A stretch of 47,077 nucleotides of DNA from a virus: positions 1 to 47,077 of IMG/VR virus record IMGVR_UViG_3300048080_000070; one strand, 5' to 3'. The notes below the pieces were generated by a model. The model did not search any database and was not told where the DNA came from. It saw nothing but the letters and a program-made list of their open reading frames with translations. A program made the position numbers and the translations under genes. This document shows, piece after piece, positions 1 to 10,165 of the stretch. Position 1 is the stretch's first letter. Each line of letters starts with the position of its first letter.

Positions 1-127
1 CAAGTTGTTCCGGCTTGGGAACGCCTACTTCACGCATGGCCGCATCGTGTCAAAGTACCATGCGGCGCGGATGGTCGAGCATTACGGGGTGTGTATCTAC
101 TACGGCCACACACACGATGTCTCGCTC
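1..127. repeat. Terminal direct repeat identical to 46951-47077 (circular-assembly overlap or terminal redundancy)
   Basis: Bases 1-127 read identical to 46951-47077. The phosphoesterase reading frame is continuous across the join, since the 46950-bp unit length is divisible by 3. Confidence 0.9.
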
Positions 128-367
128 TTCCCCAAGGTGACGCACGGGAACGACAAGACGCTTGAGGGCGGGTCGCTTGGGTGTCTGTGCAGGTACGACC
201 AGAAGTATCTGCGGGGCGCACCGACGAACTGGCAACAGGCGGTGAGCACGCTGTTCTTGCAGGCGAATGGGAACTACAACCTGTACGTCAGCAGGATCTT
301 CGGTCATCGGTTTGTCGGTCCAGATGGTGTGGCATACTCCGGTATTGGCGCTGGCCGGGCATCGTGA
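1..367 (+). CDS. Calcineurin-like metallophosphoesterase, C-terminal part (same gene as 46538-47077, wraps the circular junction)
   Basis: ORF track 5..367 contains a GHTHD motif. It is in frame with the ORF that runs off the window end. The joined gene is 780 nt (259 aa). Confidence 0.75.
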   Translation, partial: KLFRLGNAYFTHGRIVSKYHAARMVEHYGVCIYYGHTHDVSLFPKVTHGNDKTLEGGSLGCLCRYDQKYLRGAPTNWQQAVSTLFLQANGNYNLYVSRIFGHRFVGPDGVAYSGIGAGRAS

Positions 368-479
368 ACGCGCCTAGGACCGGCGGCGACTGGACCGCCG
401 GGGCGCTGCTCCCGACGCATAGTATCGGGATAACCCGCTGTCCATTACTAACGGACGGCTTGTTTAAGGAGACTTGAAC

Positions 480-560
480 ATGGCGATATTCCTGTCCTAC
501 GTTCTGGTGTTCGCGCTTGGCTTCGCAGCGAAGTGGGCGTATGATCGTCAACGTAACTAG
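480..560 (+). CDS. Speculative 26-aa hydrophobic peptide
   Basis: AAGGAG lies 8 nt upstream of the ATG. Translation is MAIFLSYVLVFALGFAAKWAYDRQRN. It is below the ORF-track size cutoff and sits in a lower-GC spacer. Confidence 0.2.
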   Translation: MAIFLSYVLVFALGFAAKWAYDRQRN

Positions 561-819
561 ATGTTCAAGCGTGAGGTTCACGAGGTTCACGGCAATTCGC
601 CTATCTGTGTCCACAGCCAAGACGCCGCTGGAGGCTCGTCGTGGAGCATGGCTGGCTATCCGAAGCGTTGCCTTTCGCGGGTGTGTGCGGTCAATAATTT
701 CATGGCTTCTCGTCCGACAGATTCCACTTAGATGCAAGATGCGTGAACTTGCGGTTGCACCGTGGAGACTTGCCAGTTTCATGCTCGGATTTCGGAGCGA
801 AGTGGCAATTCTTGAGTGG

Positions 820-828
820 TGCTACAAT
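820..828 (+). promoter_or_regulatory. Candidate extended -10 promoter (TGCTACAAT)
   Basis: A TGnTAnAAT-type element lies about 37 nt upstream of the GTG at 865. There is no good -35. Confidence 0.25.
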
Positions 829-864
829 GATCAGCGGCGAGGAGCCTGAAGAGGAGGAGGTCGA

Positions 865-1077
865 GTGCTGGTATCTATGGACAGTCTGCGTCTACTCGGT
901 CGGGGGCCGGGGTTCTTCCTGTTCGCGGCGCTCTCATTGGCGGCCATGACGGTGCTGGCGTGGCTCGGCAAGGATGTGGCTGCACTCACAGGCCCGCTTG
1001 GAGTAGTTTGTGCTGGTCTCTATGGCGGCGGCGGGTTCAAGGCTTGGAGCGAGGCGAAGAATGGCAAGGTTCCTTAG
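865..1077 (+). CDS. Small two-TM membrane protein (holin-like candidate)
   Basis: GAGGAGGAGG lies 4-5 nt upstream of the GTG. Two hydrophobic segments are present (GFFLFAALSLAAMTVLAWL and LGVVCAGLYGGGGF). Confidence 0.45.
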   Translation: MLVSMDSLRLLGRGPGFFLFAALSLAAMTVLAWLGKDVAALTGPLGVVCAGLYGGGGFKAWSEAKNGKVP

Positions 1078-1279
1078 CCGCACTTGGGCCGTCCTAACCA
1101 CGCCGGCCGGCATCCTCAGCATGGTCGCGTGGTGGGCCTGGGACCGCTGGCGGAAGGGGGCACATGACGAGGCCGCAGGTCGAGCGGAAGATGAGGCGCG
1201 CAAGGTCCGTGAGGCGGGTAAGTCCGGTAAGACCGACGAGGTTCTTGACTCCTTCCGTCGGGCAACGGACGATCAATGA
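1061..1279 (+). CDS. N-terminally membrane-anchored, highly charged small protein (lysis-accessory or spanin-like candidate)
   Basis: Internal ATG of ORF 1010..1279. Translation starts MARFLSRTWAVLTTPAGILSMVAWWAW, followed by a charged tail. It overlaps the upstream gene end. Confidence 0.4.
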   Translation: MARFLSRTWAVLTTPAGILSMVAWWAWDRWRKGAHDEAAGRAEDEARKVREAGKSGKTDEVLDSFRRATDDQ

Positions 1280-1683
1280 GGTCGCACGCTCTGTTTCACT
1301 CAAATCCCCTGCCGAGGGACTTGGTGAAAGTGCTGCGTTGTGCCGGTTCTGTGGCCGCCAAGAGGTTTCGGGCCACCAGTGCCGCCGTCCTTGCCGTCGC
1401 CATCCTGTTAGTGGGCGCGAGCGGAATTGCCGCCGCTGCCGAGCCGAAGAACCCCGACTGGTGTAAACCCGGCTGGATCTGCGTTACCGCGCAGGAGCTC
1501 GCCGAAAGGACGGCCAATGTGTGGGATCTACGAGCCGAGATGGCCCGCCTCAAGGCCAAGTCCCGCCGCTTTGGGTGGACGGTGGGCTGCGGTCTGGGCG
1601 TTGCTGGTGCTATTGACGAGGACTTTCGCGCTCGCGCTATTCCGGCGGCGAACTGCTCGGTGATTTACGGGCTGAGATTCTAG
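1276..1683 (+). CDS. Signal-anchored or exported protein (possible spanin-like)
   Basis: ATGA overlap with the upstream stop. It has a hydrophobic stretch (AAVLAVAILLVGASGIAAAA), then Cys-containing and coiled segments. Confidence 0.4.
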   Translation: MRSHALFHSNPLPRDLVKVLRCAGSVAAKRFRATSAAVLAVAILLVGASGIAAAAEPKNPDWCKPGWICVTAQELAERTANVWDLRAEMARLKAKSRRFGWTVGCGLGVAGAIDEDFRARAIPAANCSVIYGLRF

Positions 1684-1684
1684 G

Positions 1685-3199
1685 CTATGGGTTTGGCCCG
1701 ACGTAGGGCGGTGGGGCTGGCTCTTCCAAGCCAAGCGACCTCAGAAACGCCTCGGTCTGCTCTGAGAGGTATTGCGCTGGCCTTGGACCGGCAACCGCCG
1801 CCGCTGCTGGCCCGATGAAAGGCTGGAGCGGGGCCGTAACTTGCACCGCCGCTTCGAGTGGCGTCTTGAATAAGGTTCCAAACGCTCCGGTTGCCTCCCC
1901 GAACGGCTCGCGTATGTCGGTCGTGAATAATCGTTGCGTGGCGAGTTTCATGGTGGCCTTCGCCAGCCCCTTGTCGGCGTTCTGACTCAAGAAGTTCATC
2001 GCGGCAATCTTGTCCTCGTTGCCAGGGCGACGCAGGGTCCGTATGCGGTTGATGATGCCAGCGCGGTCTCCACCGAACCAGCCCTCGGCATCCTCGACCT
2101 TGCCAAGGAATTGCGAGATTTGGGCGTCGAGTCCGCGGCTCTTCTCCGGCAAGGTGTTTCGCAGCAGTTTCGCCGCCTCGTTCTTGACCTCGCGGATGAT
2201 CGGGCCTATGCGCGTCGAGACCGGATCGCCAGCCATCGTGTAGGCCTTGGGTGCGAGGTTGGTCCTGATAAACTCGTCCCATTCGAGTGGGCTGAACGTC
2301 CCGCCGCGCTTCGCCGCCTCATCCACAATGTTATTGGCAAAGTCGTCCAAATAGGCTGTAAATGGACCCTTAGTACTCGGCTCCATCCTAAGTTTTGCGA
2401 CCTTGCCAAGTAGGATGTCGATGATTGGTTCCGGGTCGATTCTTGCACCAGTCACTTCAGCCTCGGCGATCAACTTGAGTTTCTGTTGACGCATGGGCGT
2501 GGCCGTGTTTCTGAGTCGGGCTACGGCAGACTCGAACCTCGGAACAAGCCTAGATTCTGATGAGATCCCGGCGCTGGCCTGACCAGCTGTGCGCGGTAGT
2601 GGACGAATGACCTTGCCGTAGGCCGGAATGATTCCGCCGGTTGGCACACCAACTTCTCTGGTGGCAATGCTAGGAACATTCGCGACGGCCCCGGCTCCGC
2701 GAATCAGCCCGCGGGCCAAGGTTCCGATTGTAGCCCCACCAACGCCGGTCAAGGCCGAAGTTGTTGGATCCTGTGGCTGTCCAGCGATGGCCCGACCGGC
2801 AACATCGCCAGCCGCAATACCAGCACCTTCCAGGATCGGCTGCGCTGCCTCCACTCCTCGTTCTGCGCCGAACCTGGCGATGCGGCCGGCCGCCCTGCCG
2901 ATCTTGCCACGGGCTCCGGCACCGATGGCTTCGACGGCTGACGCCACCTTCGGATTTGCAGCCAGCCGTGCCCCGAGCCCGCTGGCGACGGAACCGGCGA
3001 GGAACGGCGCGGCGATAGCGGCGACCTGTTGTGCTCCAGCCAGGCCCAATTCCCCGGTGCTGCGCTCGAACACCGAGGGTTTTTTCCCGGCCAGTTCGTT
3101 GATGTCCGGCTCAAGGATAACATCGGCCTCGTCGGGGCTGAACCCGGCCTTGATTAGCGAATCGCGGGCTATCTTCAGTTTCTCAATCGTGATTGGCAT
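1685..3199 (-). CDS. Virion-associated protein, Ala/Gly-rich (internal/ejection protein candidate)
   Basis: 504-aa ORF, last in the minus-strand structural operon. The function is assigned from position only. Confidence 0.5.
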   Translation of the reverse strand: MPITIEKLKIARDSLIKAGFSPDEADVILEPDINELAGKKPSVFERSTGELGLAGAQQVAAIAAPFLAGSVASGLGARLAANPKVASAVEAIGAGARGKIGRAAGRIARFGAERGVEAAQPILEGAGIAAGDVAGRAIAGQPQDPTTSALTGVGGATIGTLARGLIRGAGAVANVPSIATREVGVPTGGIIPAYGKVIRPLPRTAGQASAGISSESRLVPRFESAVARLRNTATPMRQQKLKLIAEAEVTGARIDPEPIIDILLGKVAKLRMEPSTKGPFTAYLDDFANNIVDEAAKRGGTFSPLEWDEFIRTNLAPKAYTMAGDPVSTRIGPIIREVKNEAAKLLRNTLPEKSRGLDAQISQFLGKVEDAEGWFGGDRAGIINRIRTLRRPGNEDKIAAMNFLSQNADKGLAKATMKLATQRLFTTDIREPFGEATGAFGTLFKTPLEAAVQVTAPLQPFIGPAAAAVAGPRPAQYLSEQTEAFLRSLGLEEPAPPPYVGPNP

Positions 3200-3204
3200 C
3201 GGCG

Positions 3205-4416
3205 TTATTGACCACGGAGTTTCTTGAGGATCTCCTTCTTCTTGCGCTCCGCCTCTGCGTCAGGCGCATCTCCGGCAAGAGCCTCACTGACAGACGGGAG
3301 CGGCATGGACAGAATCGACTTGCGCTCCTCTTCGGTGAATACCTCTGGGGTCGCCAGCGCGTTTGTCTTGAGAATCGTCAAGAAGAACCTCTGCGCTTTG
3401 GCCATCTGGGCCGCGAAGGTGCGCTTCCCGCCCTCCGTCGTGAGAAGTGCGGCGCTTGGCAGTTGGTTGATGAGCCGCCCAGCCTGCTCCTCGCCCATCT
3501 GCTGCCCGGTGACAAGGAAAGCCACCTGCTCGCCGATCAGTTCCTTGGTACTCTGGAGCAATTCGAGTTCCGGGTCAAGCATACCAACGCCGGTTCGGCC
3601 AACCTCACCTATTCGGAGAGTCTGCTTGAGGAGCGCCCCGGCGGTCGAAGGTTTCTTGGCGGCATAGGCTCCGGCAAGGTCGTTTAGTGTCTTGAACGAG
3701 TCAATAACCGAGAGTGAGAACGCGCCACGGCGGACATCTTCGGTTCTTGGGTGCGGCTGGAGTTGTGGTCCTCCAGGCGCACCAGGCGCTCCGCCACCAG
3801 GAGCCGCTATGGGCGCGGCACCGAGATTCATCCTGTTCACCCCAACAAGTCCGCCCAAAACCTCGCGGATATCCAGGCCCTGACTGGCCGGTCGGAGTTG
3901 TCCGAGAGGGGTCTGTGGGGCATTGGCGGATAGCGGGACGTATTGTACCCCACCACCAAGTCCGCCACCCTCAACCCTTGGCGTGGCGACGAAATAGGTG
4001 TTGCCCTTCTCGTCCGTTACGAACGCCGTCTCTGGTGCGAGGCCCCCGCCACTCGACTTCCGAATTCTGCCCTCAATCAACTTGAGCACAATCTGTTTCT
4101 TGAAGTCCTGCCTTTCGGATTCAGCATCGGCGATGGACTTTTCATACGCGCCCTGTCTGGCCTGCGTCCGCGCCGCGAACGCCCCGATCTGTGGCGGGGC
4201 ACCGCCAGCGCGGACGGCGGCCATCGCCTGAAGAGCATCGCCAAGAGAGCCGAAAATCTGCTGGCCGACGCCGACTCTCGGTTGCTCTGGAGCCTTCGCT
4301 TCTCCAAGAAGTGACAGTAACTCCTCCACCTGCTGTGCCAACGTCTGAGAGGTGCCCTGTGCCGCTCCCGGCTGGCCTTCCATGTAAGGATCGACGCCGA
4401 ATAGAGGTGATGGCAT
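3205..4416 (-). CDS. Virion-associated protein (internal/ejection protein candidate)
   Basis: 403-aa ORF packed tightly in the structural operon, with Gly-rich tracts. I recognised no enzymatic motif. Confidence 0.5.
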   Translation of the reverse strand: MPSPLFGVDPYMEGQPGAAQGTSQTLAQQVEELLSLLGEAKAPEQPRVGVGQQIFGSLGDALQAMAAVRAGGAPPQIGAFAARTQARQGAYEKSIADAESERQDFKKQIVLKLIEGRIRKSSGGGLAPETAFVTDEKGNTYFVATPRVEGGGLGGGVQYVPLSANAPQTPLGQLRPASQGLDIREVLGGLVGVNRMNLGAAPIAAPGGGAPGAPGGPQLQPHPRTEDVRRGAFSLSVIDSFKTLNDLAGAYAAKKPSTAGALLKQTLRIGEVGRTGVGMLDPELELLQSTKELIGEQVAFLVTGQQMGEEQAGRLINQLPSAALLTTEGGKRTFAAQMAKAQRFFLTILKTNALATPEVFTEEERKSILSMPLPSVSEALAGDAPDAEAERKKKEILKKLRGQ

Positions 4417-4426
4417 GGTGTCCTCG

Positions 4427-5623
4427 CTACCCCGGCCCGCGCTGGTTCCCTAGATACTCCGGGAACCTTACATTCGACAGCAGGCTCCCGAAGGCCGCCA
4501 GATTGGACGCCTGCCTCTGTTGGGCATTGTTGGATGCCGCGCCAAGCCCCTGAATGGCCTGCCCGCGGCCAGAGGATGTGAACTGAAGCAGCGCGTCAAG
4601 GAGATTGTAGGTCTGTCCAAGATCCTGACGCCGAAGTGCGTCGCTATCGATCAGGGCCTCGCGTCGTGCCCCCCTTTGGGCGCGCTCCTGCGCTACGTCA
4701 AGGGCTGAACCGAGCGCCGTCTTGATAGAGACCGGGACGTTTTCGCGGGCTGCTCTCCCGGCCTGATTTGCTCCAATACCGCGGAAGTTCTGCGCGATGG
4801 ACTCAGACTCGGCCGCCAACCTCTGTCTGATGGCGTCGGAGACAGTCGGGGAGAGCCCGCCCGGGTTCCGAATGAGATCCCCGATGCCCTCTATCCCGGC
4901 ACCGAGAATTGGGTCCGTGAATGGTGCCCGCAGAGGCCCGGGCAAGAAACCTTGGATCGTCCCGCTTGAAAACGGCGCGGTGGATATCTTCCGCAGGTCT
5001 CTTTCCTCCCGCGTGCTTCCCAGCTGCGTGCCACCTCCGGCCAAACCCAGTATCGTCCCGATGTATTTCAGCCAGTCTGCGCGCGATCCATTTGGACCCG
5101 GTGACGTTGGGGTGCTTGGACTGGACGGCGGGGTGGCCGACGACGGAGGCGGCTGTCCAGCTGGTGGCTGTGCTCCGGGTGGCTGTGTCCCTGGTGGCTG
5201 CCCGCCCGGAGGCTGCGTTACGGGCCGGGGCGGTATAGGCGGCGGGGTGAGTGGCGACCCCGGCGTTCCAGGCGGTGGCGGTGGCGTCCCTGCCAGTGGC
5301 GACCCGGCCGGTGGCCTTACGCTCGGATCGAAGTAACGAGAGTGCGGCGGCCCGGTTATTCGTTGGCCGGTAAATGGGTCGTTATAGATAGGGTCGCCGT
5401 TGGGGTCGAACTGTCCAGTAAAGACCGGCGGCCTGGAGAAACTTGGGTCTTGCAGGAGCCAAGTTGGGAAAGTCCCATAGACTTGACCAGTTATCGGGTT
5501 GTAGCTACCGCTCGATTGTCTGCCCTGATCACCCGGAAAGAAATCTCCGGTCCCGGGATCGTAATAGCCGAACTGCCCGGCCGGGCTTGAGAAGTAGACC
5601 AGATCTCCTATGTCATGGGGCAT
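4427..5623 (-). CDS. Pro-rich virion-associated protein with a PPGxQ low-complexity tract
   Basis: 398-aa ORF containing TQPPGGQPPGTQPPGAQPPAGQPP and long P-rich segments. Confidence 0.5.
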   Translation of the reverse strand: MPHDIGDLVYFSSPAGQFGYYDPGTGDFFPGDQGRQSSGSYNPITGQVYGTFPTWLLQDPSFSRPPVFTGQFDPNGDPIYNDPFTGQRITGPPHSRYFDPSVRPPAGSPLAGTPPPPPGTPGSPLTPPPIPPRPVTQPPGGQPPGTQPPGAQPPAGQPPPSSATPPSSPSTPTSPGPNGSRADWLKYIGTILGLAGGGTQLGSTREERDLRKISTAPFSSGTIQGFLPGPLRAPFTDPILGAGIEGIGDLIRNPGGLSPTVSDAIRQRLAAESESIAQNFRGIGANQAGRAARENVPVSIKTALGSALDVAQERAQRGARREALIDSDALRRQDLGQTYNLLDALLQFTSSGRGQAIQGLGAASNNAQQRQASNLAAFGSLLSNVRFPEYLGNQRGPG

Positions 5624-5626
5624 CGC

Positions 5627-5821
5627 TCATCCCTCCACGGGCTGCTCGGACGCAATGGCACGGGGTCCGAGGGGCGGCTTATCCTCGGCCTTTCTGACGT
5701 GCTCATTGACGAACGCGGCCAATGCCTGTGCGGCCTGCTCGATCTGAATATGCTCCATCTTGGTCAGCCGCGCAAGGCTGGCGGCCTGAATGAGTACGTT
5801 GAGTGCGTCGGCTGGATTCAT
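5627..5821 (-). CDS. Hypothetical small protein
   Basis: 64-aa ORF. Its start overlaps the upstream stop. Confidence 0.4.
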   Translation of the reverse strand: MNPADALNVLIQAASLARLTKMEHIQIEQAAQALAAFVNEHVRKAEDKPPLGPRAIASEQPVEG

Positions 5822-6018
5822 TTCGGGTTCGTCCTTTCGAGCGCAATGCCTTCGTGGATGCCCTCGATGCGGCTGGTGCGTTCGACCACCTCATCGAGAC
5901 GCAATTGAATATGCGGCAGATCGTTGAATTTCACACGGTACACGATCCACGCGAGGAACGCGAGGATGGGCGTTCCGAGCGCTTCCACGATGTCGAGAAG
6001 TACCCTGAAGTCGGTCAC
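5818..6018 (-). CDS. Small membrane protein
   Basis: 66 aa with one hydrophobic helix (GTPILAFLAWIVY). Start and stop are both coupled to the neighbouring genes. Confidence 0.45.
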   Translation of the reverse strand: MTDFRVLLDIVEALGTPILAFLAWIVYRVKFNDLPHIQLRLDEVVERTSRIEGIHEGIALERTNPK

Positions 6019-8282
6019 GCTATCGTCCCCACAGGAAAGTACCGCGTTAGGCCGCCGGGTATCGTCACTTTGACGAAGTGTGTCGTCGTGAGCACCTTCG
6101 CAGCGACGGCCTCGATGGCGTTGCCGGTGCCGATGGTCGTGTTGAACTCCATCATCTCTTCGCTCACATCGGCCTGGTTCAGGTAGAGTGACGGGATGGC
6201 GGCGGTCGTGGATGCCTGATCCACGCTACATTGTCCGGTTGAGACCGTGGCGGTTCCGACGCTGAGTTTACCAAGCAGCGCAGAGTCATCAGCCGCAGCG
6301 TAGAACGCCCACCTGTTCGTCCCTGCACCCCACCCGGGCCAATACACACCAAAGGCGTTCGTGAGGGCGCCCGTGACGGTAATCGCCCCGACCTCGAAGC
6401 GGATTCCGTAGGCGTTGGCAAGCGTTCGAGCCGCACCGACCGTCCATGTTCCGCCGAACTTGAGGTTGAGGATCCCGGCCACGTCACCAGAATTGTTGCC
6501 GAGCGTGTTCCCGGCAGTTGAGTTGATGCCAAAGTGGCCGGAGAATATCTCCTTGGCGGCTGCATCTGTTGTTGTCGCGCCGTACCGAAACAGGTTTCTG
6601 TGACCCTGACGGAGCCCAATCGCTCCGCTCGTCGGGGAGAAGGAGCTGTTCATTAGAAAGGCGGCTATATTGGCCCCCGTTCCAGTGTGTTCCGGCGGCG
6701 AGCCGGAGAATACCCCACCGCCAGTCACCCCAACGTCCACCTCGAATCCGATGGTTGTTCCGTCCGCCTGATACCATCGGTAGCGGGCCAGCGGCGAGAT
6801 GTACCGCTGCTCGCGCTGAGAGTTCTTGATGGCGAAGTAGCCGACTCCTGGCTCTACGGCGGTCAGCGTCAGGTTGGTGGCGTCGTCCGTAAGCGTCAGC
6901 GGCGCGTTGTTCGCTGTGCTCATCAACTGCGTCGTGAGGTCGATGGTCGCGGCGGCACGACGATACTTGAGCGTGCCTGCGTTGCGCCAGAGGCCGCCCG
7001 TCGTGGGAGATGGCGGGTCGCCTGCCTTGTCGTTGAAGGTGATGTGCTCACCCGCCACGCCCCCCGTGTTCGGCTGCGTGATCTGACAGGTTGCGGTAGC
7101 CGCTGCTGCGGTCCCGCTCATACTCACGGGGCCGCTTAGGACGACAAAGGCGTTTCCCTTTGGGTCGAGGACAAGATCGATGCTGGCATCTGTACCGACT
7201 GTTGCAAGGGTTGGAGCGCCAGCCGCAAGGGCGTTCGTCATCGAGAAGTAGTTAACGGCACTCGTCTGACTCACGGGCTGCAAGACGCTCGTATGCACGG
7301 ATGGCCCGACGAGGAACGGCGTACTCAGGCTGTCGTCTGTTTTGAGGATGTCTGCGCCGCCGCGATAGAGGTTGATGTCAGTCAGGCCAGCCCCATCGCC
7401 CCAATTCACCAAACCGTCCTTACGAAGTTGCCAGAGCAGATCCCCTGCCGCATCGACGAGACGGAACACGCCGATGGTGGTTTGACCAACGTCCGAGAGT
7501 GGCCGTAGGTCAAGCATAACAGAATCTTCACGATGGAGTTCTACAGTACCCGACGCCGTAATCGTTAACTTTCCACCTGGTTGATACCCGCCAGGAACCG
7601 CCACTCCCCATGTGACGATGCCCATGATGCGGCCGGTTCCAGGACCCTCAAGCGCCCCCTCGATCTCTAATGCCGATCTGGTGTTGTGAGCCGGGCGGCA
7701 ATACAGCGCATCCGTCTCCCCGTCCTCGGGCAGAACCCACAGCGCGCCTCTCGTCCGCAGGCGTGGCCCCTGAATCAGTCCGTCGCCGTTGTCCTTGACA
7801 ATAGCGACTGTTCCAAGAACGGTACTTGGTCCGTCTGGATACTTAATTTCGATGGATCCATAGCCCAAGGTGCCGGGAGCGGGGAAACCAGGCAGACCTA
7901 TGACTCTCGCGGCTTGCATGGTCGCGGTGTAGGTTGTGCCGGAGTGCAGAAGTGATGTTGGGAACAGCAGCGTGGCGTTGTTTCGTAGTGCGTTCGTTCC
8001 GGTTCCTGCCGCATAGGCTGTACCGTACCCAATGGTCGGCGTGGCGAACGCCGTGGACGTGCCAGAGACCGCCGACACGATTGACGGCGTGATGCGCGTC
8101 AGGGCCACGCTCTCCGACTCGCGGCGGACGATGCTGCCGTCGCTCCGGCTGACCTGTCGCGGGTCGCTGATCGTCCCCTCCAGCCCGAACAGGTCGCGCA
8201 ACTCCATGTTCAGGCGGGCGATGGACGGACGTGCGGCCTCGGGGAATACGTCGGGCGGCAACGGATGGAACCGTATCGCCAT
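6015..8282 (-). CDS. Large beta-rich tail fibre/spike-like structural protein
   Basis: 755 aa, rich in Gly, Thr, Ala and Ser. ATGA-coupled to the upstream tail gene. Confidence 0.55.
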   Translation of the reverse strand: MAIRFHPLPPDVFPEAARPSIARLNMELRDLFGLEGTISDPRQVSRSDGSIVRRESESVALTRITPSIVSAVSGTSTAFATPTIGYGTAYAAGTGTNALRNNATLLFPTSLLHSGTTYTATMQAARVIGLPGFPAPGTLGYGSIEIKYPDGPSTVLGTVAIVKDNGDGLIQGPRLRTRGALWVLPEDGETDALYCRPAHNTRSALEIEGALEGPGTGRIMGIVTWGVAVPGGYQPGGKLTITASGTVELHREDSVMLDLRPLSDVGQTTIGVFRLVDAAGDLLWQLRKDGLVNWGDGAGLTDINLYRGGADILKTDDSLSTPFLVGPSVHTSVLQPVSQTSAVNYFSMTNALAAGAPTLATVGTDASIDLVLDPKGNAFVVLSGPVSMSGTAAAATATCQITQPNTGGVAGEHITFNDKAGDPPSPTTGGLWRNAGTLKYRRAAATIDLTTQLMSTANNAPLTLTDDATNLTLTAVEPGVGYFAIKNSQREQRYISPLARYRWYQADGTTIGFEVDVGVTGGGVFSGSPPEHTGTGANIAAFLMNSSFSPTSGAIGLRQGHRNLFRYGATTTDAAAKEIFSGHFGINSTAGNTLGNNSGDVAGILNLKFGGTWTVGAARTLANAYGIRFEVGAITVTGALTNAFGVYWPGWGAGTNRWAFYAAADDSALLGKLSVGTATVSTGQCSVDQASTTAAIPSLYLNQADVSEEMMEFNTTIGTGNAIEAVAAKVLTTTHFVKVTIPGGLTRYFPVGTIA

Positions 8283-10162
8283 CAGGCCCCTGCCCTTCCG
8301 CCGAGCGGGCCGACTTCCAGCCCCTCGATGTCGATCCAGTGGACGCCGTAGGAGGTCGTGCCCGCGCTCTCGATCTCAAGCGACAGGCTATTCACGCTCC
8401 GGCCAAGGTAGACCTCGCTGGCGTTCCGTGTGGTCGTATCCGGCATCAACTTGACTTCCGGGTTGGAGTCGCGCCGGTCATGAAAGTAGCGGTGCCGGAT
8501 GGTGGCTGGCCCGGCATCGTGCATCCAAGTTGCCTTGCCGAGAGATACCGCGCCACGGGGCCCTGCCGGCATGAACTCCTTGGTCCTCATGCGGAAGCGG
8601 ACGGACCCAGAGGAATCTCTGAGCAGAGAATCGTCCACGTCCTGTGTCGCCTCCAGATAGACCTGCCCGTTGTTGGATCGGGAATCGATAGAGACGACGC
8701 GGCGGTGGCCGTCACTCGCGGCGACCGTGATGGCGTCGGCCAGAGGGCCATGATCCGCGAAGGTGATGCGGATGCCGTGGGTGTCAAACCGCTGGTAGTC
8801 CAGATACCAGAGGCCGGTGTTGTGGGTCGTGTCGGCTGCCCGGCGGTGGATGAAGATGAGGCGGCGGTTGATCGGGTCGTCCAGCAACCGACACGAGGAC
8901 AGATTCGCCACGCTCACCCGGCCAGCCCAATCAATCCCATCGGTGAGAGGCGACGGAGCGGACGATGGGACAAGGTTGCTGGCCCAGATTCCGTCACGCG
9001 ATACAAATACGGCGAGCGCACCGGCCCCGGGGGCCGTGAACATGGTTGCCCCCCTGCGACTGACGCACCCGCGGGCGTCGGTAACGACATCCTGCGCCTC
9101 GCCCCCCGCAAAGATGGAGTCGGAGTCCCGCGGAAGCCGGTAGATGACATGGACTGAATCGTTCGTGAATACGCCGATGCGGCCGGGGAGCACCACGCCG
9201 GTCAGGATCTCGTCGCGTCGGTGGGTCTCCAGCGGGATGCCGTAGCCGGAGGGCCAGGAGTCGGGGTAGCCAGCGGGCGTGAATCGCAGCACCCGGGGCT
9301 CCGCAACGGCCACCCCGAGCAGCGAGTCCTGAAACGGACCGAAGATGGTAGAGAGAGCCGTCGGGGCTTCGTCGCGGTCAGTGTCCAGCCCACCGATGCT
9401 GATGATGCCGTACTGAGGGACGGTCAGGCTGCCGGTGGTCGTGTTAGCGTCGGTGATCTGCGTTGTCCCGATGGCGGTGGTGTTGATGAGGCCGCCGTCA
9501 GGGAAGCCGCCGCCGTCCACGCTCCGATACCAGCGGATCTGGTTGGCGCGGGCGTTGGTCGATACGCCCGTGACCGTCACGATGACGCTGTTGAGTAACG
9601 AGAACGCGCCAGTGTGGACCGTCGCGCCGCGGATGCTCTCTATGCCCCGGACGCTATCATACTCCGTGACCCAGTATCCGAGGCCAGTTGTGGCCGACAT
9701 GGTGCCCACGCCCTGCGTCACGCTCACCCCGACGGCGAATGTCGTGGTTGACATACCGATGGGGAACGACGTGATGCCGGTGGCCGTGGCCTCGAGGCGT
9801 CGGTTATTGACGTTGTTGGCCGTGTAGTGGCGGTTGGCGTAGTGCGTGCCGACGACGGGGAGCGTGCTCGCGCCCAAGTTGTCAATGAGCGAGAAGGCCA
9901 GCGTGCCCGACACGATCCGCGCCGCGTGGAAACTGTTCCCCTCGTGCGCCACGATATACTGTGAGGTGCCGTCAAAGCCAGCCTCGTAGAGTCCGGAGCC
10001 GGTGACGCTACCAACATCGCCGTATTGATCCCGCCCACGCGCCACGAACAGGCCGGTCTCACCGACACGGTACTCCGCGCCGTCCGTGTCCTGTAGCGCC
10101 TCGTCCGCGATCAGGGTGGGCTCGCGTTCGTTGACTCCGGCTGTGGGACTAAAGGTTGCCAT
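8282..10162 (-). CDS. Tail structural protein (nozzle/tubular-B-like by size and position)
   Basis: 626-aa ORF between the fibre gene and the 755-aa protein. Assigned from position only. Confidence 0.5.
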   Translation of the reverse strand: MATFSPTAGVNEREPTLIADEALQDTDGAEYRVGETGLFVARGRDQYGDVGSVTGSGLYEAGFDGTSQYIVAHEGNSFHAARIVSGTLAFSLIDNLGASTLPVVGTHYANRHYTANNVNNRRLEATATGITSFPIGMSTTTFAVGVSVTQGVGTMSATTGLGYWVTEYDSVRGIESIRGATVHTGAFSLLNSVIVTVTGVSTNARANQIRWYRSVDGGGFPDGGLINTTAIGTTQITDANTTTGSLTVPQYGIISIGGLDTDRDEAPTALSTIFGPFQDSLLGVAVAEPRVLRFTPAGYPDSWPSGYGIPLETHRRDEILTGVVLPGRIGVFTNDSVHVIYRLPRDSDSIFAGGEAQDVVTDARGCVSRRGATMFTAPGAGALAVFVSRDGIWASNLVPSSAPSPLTDGIDWAGRVSVANLSSCRLLDDPINRRLIFIHRRAADTTHNTGLWYLDYQRFDTHGIRITFADHGPLADAITVAASDGHRRVVSIDSRSNNGQVYLEATQDVDDSLLRDSSGSVRFRMRTKEFMPAGPRGAVSLGKATWMHDAGPATIRHRYFHDRRDSNPEVKLMPDTTTRNASEVYLGRSVNSLSLEIESAGTTSYGVHWIDIEGLEVGPLGGRAGA

Positions 10163-10165
10163 AGA

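Noticed and set aside
1-127. The 127-bp terminal repeat as a biological direct terminal repeat
   Set aside because: The exact length of 127 nt, and a gene reading seamlessly through it, fit an assembler k-mer overlap better. This cannot be decided without reads.
288-849. Overlapping ORFs 288..782 (minus) and 517..849 (plus) in the lower-GC spacer
   Set aside because: They are mutually exclusive, lack an SD and have an unprotein-like composition. I treat the region as mostly non-coding and keep only a speculative 26-aa peptide at 480. A 56-aa ORF at 561-731 was also considered and left uncalled.
8231-9157. 308-aa plus-strand ORF opposite the 626-aa tail gene
   Set aside because: It is a shadow ORF antisense to a long coherent structural ORF. 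The same reasoning applies to 10527..10958, 11406..11915, 12508..13188 and 13861..14601.
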